This document shows positions 39,280-51,000 of a stretch of DNA of 64,000 bases, piece by piece. Source of the DNA: Psammoneis japonica (taxonomy: Eukaryota); contig QPGO01000062.1 of NCBI GenBank assembly GCA_008632985.1, forward strand, positions 248,001-312,000, given 5' to 3'. Within the stretch, counting starts at the first letter, position 1; every line of letters begins with the position of its first letter. The position numbers and the translations under genes were made by a program. The notes under the pieces were generated by a model. It was not told where the DNA came from, did no database searches, and saw only the letters and a list, made by a program, of their open reading frames with translations.

Positions 39280-41094
39280 ATGTGGCCTTTCCACCGGGGA
39301 TCTTTAGAAAAAGAAAAGAAAAAACATTCAGAACATGGCGCCACAAGAAGTGAACAAACTCCAAAGATCTCTCACATTCGGGGACCTCCTCATCGTCGCA
39401 TCGAATCATCGCCAAATGAAACGGAGAAGAAAAAGCAATCAGAACATGGCTCCGCAAGAAGTGAACAAACTCCAAAGATCTCTCACGTTAAGGGACCTCC
39501 TCATCGTCGTATCGAATCGCCAAATGAAAAGAGAGAGCAACGTCAACCTCTGATTATTAGAGACGACTCTATCAAAGCACTTTCTTACCAGAAATCTCAT
39601 TCTTTGGGAGCATTTTCCGATGACGGGGGAAGCGTTGTGCAACAAACTCGAATCATTATTGAAGGAGACTGGTCTCGTCACAGCAGTCGAAAGGCGACGG
39701 ATGACGAGTCGTTTGCTTCTAGATCATATCATACTGGAATTCATACTCTGGAAAGTGTCAGCAGTTTGCTTACCGAGACGGCTCACAAAATTGTGGACAG
39801 TTCGTTTCGTCTAAGTGGAAAAGTGAGCTCTGTGCGAGACTTTGGTGGCACGGCTTCCGTCTCGAATGAAGTTTTCAACATGATTAAGAATCTTGTCGGA
39901 GCTGGGGCTTTAGGGTTGCCTTCGGGTGTTGCAGCCTTTGCGGATTGTAGCAGTGCGCTGGTGCCTGCGTCGATTGTACTGATTGTCATGTGCATTGTCT
40001 TTGCCTACTTTTTTCTCTTGATGGGTAGACTGTGCAATCTCACTAGAGCCGCAAGCTATCGCGAAGTTTGGGAAATTACAATGGGAGACTACTGCGCAGG
40101 CGTGGTTCCCTTAGCCATTATTCTCATGGCATCGCTTGGCAATCTGGCATACAGCATGATTCTTGCAGACACGACAAAAAGTCTATTGTTTGCTGCAGGA
40201 TTCACAGTGACACGGACGCAAAGTCTCATTGGTGTCACAGTCGTGGTACTATTACCGTTATGCTTGATCAAACATCTATCGGTTTTGGCGCCCTTTAGTT
40301 TTCTCGGACTGAGTGGATTGTTGTTCACAATTGGCGTCATGGCATTGAGATATTTTGACGGCACGTACGATCCCGACAGAGGAGGCAAGTATCTCGAGGA
40401 CCTGCCAAGCCACTTGCAACCATCCTTTGGTACAGTTGGGGCTTCAGGGGCCTGGAACAGCAAGTTTCTTATTCTCATTTGCATGACGTTCCAAGCTTAC
40501 TTTGCTCATTACAATGCTCCGCGCTATTTTGTCGAGCTCAAAAACAATACAATCAGACGGTTCACCTCTGTTGTTGCCTCTTCCTTTGGCTTTTCCGCCG
40601 CCATTTACATTGCACTCACAACATTTGGGTTCCTCACGTTCGGTGCGAACTGTGACGGCTTTATACTGAACAACTACTCGGACCACGATGGTCTTGCTTC
40701 ATGCTGTCGCCTTGCGATTGCCGTGGCCCTTGCCTTTACGTACCCACTCCCATTTATTGGCGTTCGTGACGGTATACTTGATCTTCTCATGGTACCCGAG
40801 TCCAAGCAGACATCTCAGAACCTGAATGTCCTTTCCGTGATTCTTCTGACTGTATTCACATGTCTGGCAATGCATTTTACAGACTTGGGCTTGCTCAATG
40901 CGGTTGGTGGTGGAGCTTTGGGCACTGCGGTAGTATTCATACTTCCGGCGCTCATGTTTCGTGGTGCCATACGACGTCTTGGAGTCGAGGCAACTATTCA
41001 GCAGAGGCGGGAAGTGTCGTTTGCAATCGGGCTCATGTGGATTGGGACGGCTCTCGGTGTCACTGGTACCTTCGTTGGCATCAGCATGTCGTAA
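39280..41094 (+). CDS. Amino-acid transporter (SLC38/AAAP family) with a 37-aa N-terminal duplication
   Basis: VFNMIKNLVGAGALGLP, LPLCLIKHLSVLAPFS, AYFAHYNAP and FILNNYS; about 11 TM segments. Confidence 0.9.
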   Translation: MWPFHRGSLEKEKKKHSEHGATRSEQTPKISHIRGPPHRRIESSPNETEKKKQSEHGSARSEQTPKISHVKGPPHRRIESPNEKREQRQPLIIRDDSIKALSYQKSHSLGAFSDDGGSVVQQTRIIIEGDWSRHSSRKATDDESFASRSYHTGIHTLESVSSLLTETAHKIVDSSFRLSGKVSSVRDFGGTASVSNEVFNMIKNLVGAGALGLPSGVAAFADCSSALVPASIVLIVMCIVFAYFFLLMGRLCNLTRAASYREVWEITMGDYCAGVVPLAIILMASLGNLAYSMILADTTKSLLFAAGFTVTRTQSLIGVTVVVLLPLCLIKHLSVLAPFSFLGLSGLLFTIGVMALRYFDGTYDPDRGGKYLEDLPSHLQPSFGTVGASGAWNSKFLILICMTFQAYFAHYNAPRYFVELKNNTIRRFTSVVASSFGFSAAIYIALTTFGFLTFGANCDGFILNNYSDHDGLASCCRLAIAVALAFTYPLPFIGVRDGILDLLMVPESKQTSQNLNVLSVILLTVFTCLAMHFTDLGLLNAVGGGALGTAVVFILPALMFRGAIRRLGVEATIQQRREVSFAIGLMWIGTALGVTGTFVGISMS

Positions 41095-41851
41095 CTCCGA
41101 GTGAAACTATAAGGCTATGAAGTGCTTCAAGTGCACTTAGCAGAAAATCAGAAGAGTTAGGGCTGTCGCAAGCAAAATACACGTATCAAGAGAATCTCAG
41201 AAGCTTCCATATGTTTGTCCCGACGTTGCCAACTCCCGATCAAGATCCAAGGTCGTTTTTATCAATGAGTTGAAGGGAATGCCGCTCGTTGTGCAAGCTT
41301 GCTAGGTGAATGAACTTAGTTTGGCTTCTAATGCAGTGTTGTAGCCTTTGAATTGCAGACATGAACCACGGTTGCAGCTATTCTCTACCGCTAGCTAGAG
41401 ATAGTGGCCTCTATCTCTACTCCCTTGGCGGCCGACCGTCTACCATCTAGCTTATTGTAGTCTACAGTACCGTACGACGGCAGACGGAACAGCGCAGAGG
41501 TTCACACATACAAGTTTCCGGGTGCATAACGGTTACTCAGTAAAAAACATGTTGTACCAGTAGTATGACACTTCAGATTTTATATTCATTAATTTATACT
41601 TACATTATTTAGTATCGAATTTTTTAATAAATATATATTATCTTCATTCTTTCTAAAATGTATCCTCTAGAGTGATTTTGTCGTACCGGTATTCCCGGGA
41701 CGAGATGCCGAAGCGGTCACAAATTCGAGATTTTCGACCGAATACCCGAATCTCCTCTTGCGATGAAAGATCTTGGCAGTCCATCAACAAACATACTCGT
41801 GAAAGCGAAACAATTCAGAAGATAGACTCCAAAAACTCGACAACAGCAGCT

Positions 41852-43237
41852 ATGATGCGAAATCGCACCCTTCCAGTCGTAAACGAAAACGCGGCTCAGT
41901 GTGATGATTTGTATCATGATAAAATCCCGGACGACCGTGAACCTGTAATGCGGGATGGCCGCCGTTGGACTCTCATGCTTCTGTTTGGCCCGTTTCCTTT
42001 CTTTTTGTGGTGGTTTGTTTTCTTTATGTACTTTGGACCATTTCATCAGTACAGTAACATCCAAAATGTCTCTGGCGCACGAACATCGTTGGTGAACCAA
42101 GAGTCGACGAATGGTGCGGCCCAGACGACCGAGTATCCAGGCGTAACGGGATCCTCGTCCCTCCGTAAGGTATCGCAAGATGAAAAGCTGTGGAATGATG
42201 AGAATCCATCGGTCTCGAACGGTTCCAACACTGCAGCTGGGGACAAGAAGTCCCAAAAGTCTAGGAGTAAATCCTTTACGAAGCAGGAAGACAAGCCTAA
42301 GGAATGGAGCGGCAACCAGTCGGACAATGTTGCTGCCACTGAAAATACCGAGAAAAAGCCTCAAACCGCTGAGAAAAGGCTTACGGTTCCGAATCTTCTC
42401 ATTGCGGGTGCACAAAAGTCCGGAACAACAGCCATCGCAGGCTGGATCAATCTCCATCGAAACGTTTGCAAGCCACTTGCGGTTAAGGATGGCAAGCCCA
42501 TCAAGGAAGTTCATTTCTTCAATGCTGACTCTAATTATGAACAGGGTATGGATTATTATCAAAAGCATTACAGTCATTGTACGGAGGAGACAAGCCTTCT
42601 GGTCGATGCAACTCCTGACTATCTCCGCCAGGCAGAGCGTGTGCGCCAAGGATACGACAAATTGGGCGGAAGCTATGCCAAAGACTTGAAAATCTTGATG
42701 ATCTTGAGAGAACCAGTCGCACGAGAATATTCATGGTTCAACCACATGGCTGTTGACGTAAGGAAGCCCAATCCACCAAGATATGCGAAACGTGTTTTGA
42801 ACAGGGACAAGAACGACGGGTCCTTCCTCTCGTTCAATGAGTATCTCGACAAATCCGTTTTTCCTGAATTGGACTCTTCCTTTGGGCACTACAGCAAGTG
42901 GATTAAATCATGGATGGATAACTTTGACAGAGACCAAATTCTCATTCTATCGTATGACGAACTCTCGAAGGATCCCGTTTCGGTTCTTAATCGCCTTCGA
43001 AAGTTTGTCAATCTCGAAGGAAAGGTGAAAGATATAATAGCGGTTCACAACAAGAGGTCGGGAAAAGGTGAGGATGTGCCTACGCTCACTTGCAAAGCGA
43101 AGGAACGGCTAAATGAGCACTTTACGAAATACAACCAAGAACTCTATGAATTGCTTGAAGCAAGCCCTGGTCCCGCTTTTGAACAACGACCGTTTCCCAA
43201 GTTTGAGCAATCAACATGTGAAGCTCAAGATAAATAA
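41852..43237 (+). CDS. Type II membrane sulfotransferase, paralog of 14097..15314
   Basis: TM segment, IAGAQKSGTT, KEVHFFN, DATPDY and LREPVAREYSWF. Start codon uncertain (41704 possible). Confidence 0.85.
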   Translation: MMRNRTLPVVNENAAQCDDLYHDKIPDDREPVMRDGRRWTLMLLFGPFPFFLWWFVFFMYFGPFHQYSNIQNVSGARTSLVNQESTNGAAQTTEYPGVTGSSSLRKVSQDEKLWNDENPSVSNGSNTAAGDKKSQKSRSKSFTKQEDKPKEWSGNQSDNVAATENTEKKPQTAEKRLTVPNLLIAGAQKSGTTAIAGWINLHRNVCKPLAVKDGKPIKEVHFFNADSNYEQGMDYYQKHYSHCTEETSLLVDATPDYLRQAERVRQGYDKLGGSYAKDLKILMILREPVAREYSWFNHMAVDVRKPNPPRYAKRVLNRDKNDGSFLSFNEYLDKSVFPELDSSFGHYSKWIKSWMDNFDRDQILILSYDELSKDPVSVLNRLRKFVNLEGKVKDIIAVHNKRSGKGEDVPTLTCKAKERLNEHFTKYNQELYELLEASPGPAFEQRPFPKFEQSTCEAQDK

Positions 43238-43289
43238 TCATTATCAGCGAATCTAAGATTTTTATATTGCAGTTGGTAGTCTAAGGTTG

Positions 43290-43500
43290 ACCTCTACTTA
43301 GCTTTAGGTAGGCCTAGTCTATAATCTGCTTCGCGGAGACTTGAGACTTCCCTCTACTAGAGTAGCTAGTCTCTAGTCGTAATGTAGGCCCTACACGGTA
43401 CCGGTACACCTGCTGGAAAGAGTAGGGCTCTACTCTCTCTAGCTAGAGTAGAGTAGTAGTAGCTACTCTCTACTCTAAGTAGAGAGGTAGGTTATCGGCT
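43290..43500. repeat. TAG/CTA-rich palindromic low-complexity tract
   Basis: ctactctctctagctagagtagagtagtagtagctactctctactctaagtagagaggtag; core AGTAGCTACT at 43458-43467. Confidence 0.8.
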
Positions 43501-43880
43501 CTCATCCTTTCCCCAGCACGGCCCACGGTGCGTTTGGGCCAGTTTGGAAGTTGGCTGCGAAACCAACGGGACAACGGGAATCTGGGTATTCCATACACGA
43601 ACATTTTTCAGAATTGCGTCGTTGCATGTAAAGTGTAAAGATGCCATTGCTCACATCAACGATAAGATGATTTCTATGAAGCTTGTAAAAAGAGAGGGAA
43701 TCACAAATTTCAATCCGATTGCCGTGAACGTTCTCTTGTCTGCGTGTCTTTTGTTGAACTCGAGGATCGCGATCCATCAGTACGGAAGATCGTCGTAGAT
43801 GCCACGTATTACTGGTCGTGGTGACGTTCAACTGGCACATCGTGCCGAAGGCATTTTCTGTTTGAATTTCCAACGAGACG

Positions 43881-44739
43881 ATGAAGGTTGCCGCTCTTAC
43901 TCTCGCCTTGGTCGGCTCCGCCGCTGCCTTTGCCCCCGCTTCCCAGAAGGTGTGTTACAAAAAGTTGAAAGAAAAGTTGCGTCGTTGGAGAAATTCAGTT
44001 TCGTCTTTGGCTCGATGCACACGCTTTGTCACCACATAGCACCCACTGTTGATCTCACATGTTTACGTGATTTTCGTGATAACGTAGGCTTCTTCGGCTG
44101 TTGCCCTCAATGCTCTCAAGGATGAGGTTGGTGCCACCGCTCCCCTTCCCGGTTTCGATCCCCTTGGTCTTGCCGATCTTGGCTCTGACGCCACCTTTGC
44201 GTGGTTCCGCGCTGCCGAGCTCAAGCACAGCCGTGTTGCCATGCTTGCCACCACTGGATACCTTGTGCAGGGCGCTGGAATCCACTTCCCTGGACAGCTC
44301 AGCCACGATGTTTCTTTTGAGTCCCTCTCTGCTATGAAGCCCCTTGATGCCTGGGGTGCCGTTCCCGAGGCCGGTACGTATCCTTTCGTCGTCTTCTCCT
44401 TTTGTGCTGTTTGTAGGCGCGCAGTATGATTCTCATGTCCGTATGTATATACCCTGTGTGTGTGTCCTTCATGCAGGCAAGTGGCAAATCATTGGGACTA
44501 TCTTGCTTGCTGAGATCATCACGGAGTCCAAGGGAACTCACTACACTAAGGGAGGTGACTTGCCCACCATTGTTTTCCCTCCGATCGACTTCTCCTCTGT
44601 TGATGAAGAAACTTTCAAGAAGAAGCGAAATTCCGAACTTAACAATGGACGTCTTGCCATGATTGCCATCATGTCCTTCTGTGCCGCTGCCAACATCGAG
44701 GGATCTGTTCCCGCACTTATTGGTAACCCCGCTTTCTAA
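43881..44739 (+). CDS. Fucoxanthin-chlorophyll light-harvesting protein; introns 43950-44087 and 44374-44476
   Basis: MKVAALTLALVGSAAAFAP presequence, FDPLGL, FRAAELKHSRVAMLA and ELNNGRLAMIA. Confidence 0.95.
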
Positions 44740-45049
44740 ATTCACACTGCTGAAATAATGAAACTATAGACATTGGGTTGACACAACAAAAACCGTGTTT
44801 CCCATTACAGCAGCTCTAGCACTCCTGTTTTGAAGCATTTCTTGTTTGTCATGAGAACACAAAAAAGCCTGGCGTCGAGGAAACACCAACTTTTCTTCGC
44901 GAAGGGCTGTGAACCAACGTAGCATGCTCGTCGAAAACCCATTCACAGCTCTTTCTTTACGTGCAAAAGGAAGAGTGAGAGTGTTTCGAGGTCACAATAA
45001 GCAGTTCGTAGCTAGCTTTCTCTGTGCTACTTGATGGAAGGTCAGTCAG

Positions 45050-48000
45050 ATCTTCCCTCTCAGATGTCTGCCTGGCCAATCGGCTGAAGTCAATTTGAAT
45101 TTCATTGACCTCCAAGTTGCAAAATGCAAATCCGCAAGCATCACACTCATTTCAGTGATGGTGAGTGGAGACACCATGGCTCAATTTGGCCACCATTTTG
45201 TCTCCCACACCACCTCAAGACCAACAATTGGAGCATGTCTCTTGGTGTTGTGGTCATCAACAGCATTCCTTCCCGTGAATTGATTCCCTTGAATTGATTG
45301 TGTGGCCTTGGGGCAATCAAAGTTCTTCACACATGTGCCACCCCCCCCCCCCCCTGCTCACCTCCTTGTGTTTCCCCATTGTCTCATTCTGACACTTGTT
45401 TGTTCATCCTGCAGGTCACCATGATGAGACTCACCACATGGTCTGGCTCAGGTGATGTGAAAAGGCACATCTTTCAATGCACTGGTCCAAGCGCCAAAGT
45501 CACGGACTTCTTTGTCATTTGAGTGACTCCCCTCATGTCGTCACCCTTGACTGGCTCATGCCAGAATCACCACTTTTTCATCAATGCCACAGCAAAAATC
45601 TCTTTCTTCCACAGCTCAGTGGCATCTTTGAGAATGCAAAGCTGCCATCAAACACCATGCACAAGCTTTGTCATGCCATGTCGTTTCATTGCTTCAGCCA
45701 CAGAAGGAGGCCAACAGTTGTGCCCTTGTCGCCCAGATCCAAAGTTGACATTCATGCAGATGATCCTTTCCCTCCACAAGCTCAGCAACATGCACAAGAA
45801 TCCCAGAGATCACATTGCACATGATGCAGTGCTTGTTTGCAAAAGGCAGCGGCTCTTGCAAGGTGCAAGCACAAATCCCAAGCATGTGGTGTGTTTGTTT
45901 GTCCACACTGACATGGACACATCCAGATGGGACCACCACCCTGGCTTGAAACTCCCTGTGTGCAGCACTCCTCTTGCTCCACATGCCAACTGAAACACAC
46001 ACTTCCCAAAATCTCTGTTTGGGTGTTGGAGCAGAATGTCTTTGGCACATCACAAAGCCCTGAGAATGTTTTGTGCTCAAATCAAGCCCTCCTGTGCTCA
46101 TCACGTGCACTTTCCCAAAACTGCAGAGGTGTGCCGCCAAATTTGCTCACATCCTCTTTGACCAAAGCTCTTGATGCCATGTGCCAGCAAGAGGCAAGCA
46201 ACCTTGGGATAGAGCGATGATGCATCTGAACATTTTGGGTGAGGCGTGTGGCCAATTGCAACACCTTGGCATGGCATTTTTTGGTTTGGCAATCTCCTTT
46301 TGTGGTGCTTGCAAGTTGTGGCCAGTGACAAATTTGCTTTCTGGGCAAACCACAGAGAGCAATGGTTGCATTGCCCTTGCACAGCTTCCACTGCCTGATC
46401 AATGCAAAGCTCCGGCAAAGTGGAAAAAAGACTTGGTGCTTCATGCACTCTGGGATGTTGCGGCGCACCACAGAGCCCATGGCACAACACATGCTGCAGC
46501 AGTGCTGCAAATGCATGCCATGGAGTTGCAGGGGGGGGGCTCCCCAGCAGCTTGGCAAATCAGACATTTCAAAAGAGACCAAGCAAGCAATTGTGCATGT
46601 GGCACACACACTGTGATTTGCCATCAACGCACACACACAAAAAGACACATGATGGCAGCACATGCGCAGGCATGTGGTGGTGACATGAAAATGGGATTTG
46701 AGAAACTTTGGTGCAGCCAGTTCAGTGTGGGTCTGATCTGAAATGCAAGCCAACAACATGACTTTTGACACCCTGCCACAAGTCCATCTGACAGTTTGTG
46801 CAGCAGATTTAAAAAAAGGATGAGACAAGTTGCCTTTGATGTCTCCAACTCCCAGGAGTTAGAAGAAATGTCATGGGTGCTTGCATTCTCCCAATGACCA
46901 ACAACCAATTGTGTGGACAAAGAGGATTTGGGTGTCAACAACTGTGCTCACATGATCTGTGCAACAAAGGCAGTTAGATGGAGCAACATTGATCTCCCAG
47001 CAATGTCATGTCATCATCCACTGCAAAAAAAATGACAGTGCTTGCATGGCAAGAAGGCTTGCCCAATGTGTTGTGTCTTGCCCAAAAAAGAGGATGTTTG
47101 TGCTTGGACATTTGGAAAAAACCTTGGATTTTGGTCTGTGCATCTCTGCAAATGTGAAAAACTGTTCCTCTGGGGGAACATCTGGGCAGCAGCAGCACCA
47201 GCTGATGGAAAAGCTTTCCTCATTTCTGGTGGTGCAAAGGGAGCAGCAGGCACGCCAAAGTTTTTTTCTGGGGTGATGTGGGCAGCACAGAGTGCAAGCT
47301 GCATGTGTGCAAAGAATTCATGGTGCAGCAAGGGCAGCTTTGCTGAAGCCTCCCTGTCTTCAACATCTCTGGAACAAACACAGCAGACTTTGCAGGCTGT
47401 TGAGGTGCAGCGTTGCACAGAACTTCCAGGGGAAAAGGAGGCTTTTGCCATGACAGTGCACGCGGCAGGGCACAATGTGGGAAGAATCTGAAAGGGCAAA
47501 ATCAGTCAAATGGAGGCTGCTGTCATGTTTTGGACATGTGGGATGAGTTTTCAAGAGTCAGCAAGATGATGGCTGGGTGGAAGTTGCTGCTGTTCTCTCT
47601 GTCTTTCTTGAAACAAATTAAGTTGGCTTTTTGTTGATTCATGTTGGAGCTCTTGAGCACATCAATGGATGAAAACAAAGGCAGGACACCACAGCCATTG
47701 TGCCATTGGCACAAACACACAAATGCAGAAATTTTGGAGGGTCAATTTTTGTCAGTGTGCAATGTGCAGCCACTGACAAGAGCCAACGCATCACGGCGAC
47801 GTGTCACAGCCTTTAAATGTCACAAAGGGCGTGACAAAACAACCTTTTGTCTGCATGCATGCTGCGTTGAGGGGTTCGAAACCCTGAGTGGGAGTTGTCT
47901 GCAGCAACGTTGATCACTTTCGAACGCGCAAAACTCTGTGCAGTTCTGCACGTTCCTTCGCACACACCCACACTGTTCCGCCAAAACCGTGCAGTGTCAG

Positions 48001-51000
48001 CACATGTTTGTAAAGAGCCGCATGGACGCGTGACACATGGGGAGGAGTGCAACATGCAGCCACCAACAAGAGCCAATGCATCACGGCGATGTGTTGCAGC
48101 CTTTAAATGTCACAAAGGGCGTGACAAAATGGCCTTTTGTCTGCATGCACACTGCAAGTGGAGTCACCATGATGCTCTTGCTCCACTTCTTCACACTCAC
48201 AAAAATCTTCATCATTTGATGACTTCCTCCATTTCAAGTCCTGTGCTTTGGCAGAGAGCGATGTCTGCTGAAGTTTCAAAAATTGTGCTGGCTGAGCCTT
48301 TTGAATGCTCATCAATCAACCACCTGCTTGGCACTTTGAGTGTCTTTTTGCAGCTTGCACACTCTGTGGCCAAGACAAGTCTGCCTCTTGCTGCCATGCC
48401 AAAGAGTGTGAAAGAAAGAAAAAAAGATGTCGCACCTCACCATCTGGTTTTGCTGGTTTTTCATCTTTCTTTCTTGCATTTGGGTGAAGCACATTTGCTC
48501 ATGTTGCACCTCAGATTGCTCGTCAACAATGTGGCCCCAGCAGCAGGTGGTGGGTTGTCAAGAAGGGCTGACTTTCCTCCAAATGCTTTGCAGCATCTTT
48601 GTCGTCATGACAATTGCCACTTCTTGGTCATGATGCCTGCCCCCATCTCCTGCCACAAAACACTTGGGGCTTGGAAGCATTCTCTGCATTGTCACTTGAT
48701 GAGCACCCATTGCCCAGATTTGGAAGAGTTTTCACATTTGCTTGAGACCTTGTTTTCCCATCCTGTGGTGACGGTGTGTCATGGGACATTTTTGGTGCCA
48801 TCTGTTGCCCCCTCTGCTCCTTTGTTTCTGTCAAGAAAATGGCTTTTGAACCCTGTGCCACCACTTGCCTGGGCAAGGCCTCTTTTGTGGCACAACTCTT
48901 CCACACAAGCAAAAATCAACCTCATGACCATCTGGCACATGTCCAGGCTCTTGTTGTTGATTTGCACACTTTGTGACCACCCACAATTTTCATTGTTTTT
49001 TCAATCATGTGTCAGTCAGTCATGGAAGTGATTGCACAAGTTGACATTCTGTCTGGGTGGATGTGCACCATGTTGAGTGCACTGTTTCACAACTCAGACA
49101 TTGTGCAGTCATGTCAGGCCCACACCGCCAAACATGCTCATGTGCCACCACATTCTTTGCAATGTGCTGGTTTCTGCACATCTCAATGGATGTGGCACAC
49201 TCAGCCACAATCTGGCAACACTGGTTTGGACAACAGCTGTTGGCATGCTCGCAGCCCTGCTGACACAGAGTGCTTGTTGCAAGAGCTGGCTTCAATGAAT
49301 TGTGTCATTGCCAGCTAGTCCTGCACCTTTTTAAAGTCATGGCACACAGTTCCTGACCACAAATGGCCAGCGAAAGTGTCCGTCCATGCTGCTTTGTGAT
49401 TTGCACATTGCCAACAAAGCTGCCCCCATCATTGCAACAAAAAATTCTGGTGCTTGGAGCCCTGCAGAGAGAACAGCCTGCATGCTCATGCACACATGCC
49501 AAAAGCTTTGGATCTGTCACACTTCATCCGTTGGGGCGTCAGCATCACTGACTGCAGTGTTGGTTAAACTTTGCTGTCCTTGAAGTTGCCCCACTTGTCA
49601 CAGGCAGCACTTTCTGAAGTTTGATCTCAATCTCAGAAGCATGGGTTGCTTTGAAATGCCCAGTTGCTCGAAACAATGCAAACTGGCTCAAGTCATGCTC
49701 CCATCAATCCAGCCAGTGTGCTGGTGTGTCCACAGGGTTTGCAGCCCCCCTCTCCCCCTGTGTGTGTGTGTGTGTGTGTGTGTGGCTCCTGAGGAGGTGC
49801 CCCAGCAAGTCATTTTTGCCCCCCCCCCCCTGACAACTCCTGGGATTGTCCCACTTTTTCAAAAACAAAATGAACATGGCCATCAATGGAATTTTTTGGC
49901 AAGCTTCAAAAGACATTGAGTCAATTTGGTCACTGCAAATGACCACAGCAAGAGCAAGGAGGGGGCTGCTCCCACTTTTGTTTTGATGACATCGTGCAAA
50001 AAACACCACAAGAAACAAAAAGCTTGTGCCTCTTCATGTCCTCTTTGGCAAGTGTGTCACAATCCAAGCAATGAGTCCATGTGTGACACACACTCCACAC
50101 CAGACCTTTGAGGCATTTCTTGTCACAGTGTTTGGCACAATGAGAAAGCTCTGAAGTTGAGCGAAAATTCTGAAGCAGCAGCTGAAGAAGGCACATTGTT
50201 GTGAGCAAAGATGCTTGTTGCACTCAGAGCACCTGTGCCCCATGGCTCCAATGGCATTTTTCAAGACTTGCCAGGTGTTGCTTGCATTTGGTGCTGAGCA
50301 CTGATGCTGCTGCAACCCAGTCCCACAGGTGCAGCTTGGCTGTTGAAAACTGATTTTGCTGGTTCCTCCCACAGCAGCAGAAACTCTGGGCACAAAAAAA
50401 AGCAAGGGTGTGTGTGGAGCCCTGGTGAGATTGCACAGCATGAACACAAGTGCTGGGCTTTGGTGCTTGCCACTCAAATTGTTGCCATTTGGAAATGTTG
50501 TGCAGTCAATTGGAAACATGCACTCAAGGGGGGCATCAATGTGCAAAATGACTGTGCCCAGTTCTTGCCTTTGCAGACATCACATGCATTGTCACATTGT
50601 CTTGGTCTCTTGTTGCTTCCAGGTGTTGTGCTTGGCATGCTGTGGTCATGCAAACTTTCCTGGCTCCAGCATCAACACATGGCTGAAATGCAAAAGCACA
50701 AGCCTCAGCTGTTGACTCACAGCATGTTTGTTTTGTGTTGCCTTGATTGACTCACAAGGGCTCAGCTCACTGTGCTGCATTTTCTGCACATTTGTTGCAT
50801 GTTGCTCACTTGCAAGCTCCTCAAGGGTGTTGCTTCTTTGTGCTTGGTTTTGCTTGACCTAAAATCACATGTGATGCACTGCTGAACAGAAGCTGTGGTT
50901 GTCAGCACATGGTTTGTGCACTCGTTCTTTTTTGTTTGTTGTCTTCTTTTGTGCACAATTTGTTCAGACAGTTGTTGAGCTGCCAAATTGCAAATGAACA

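Noticed and set aside
14097..43237. Two sulfotransferases as a biosynthetic gene cluster
   Set aside because: They are about 27 kb apart and separated by unrelated genes; dispersed paralogs are sufficient.
49758..49830. (TG)n and poly-C runs as converted (TA)n microsatellites
   Set aside because: Plausible but untestable without an unmutated copy; ordinary slippage is sufficient.
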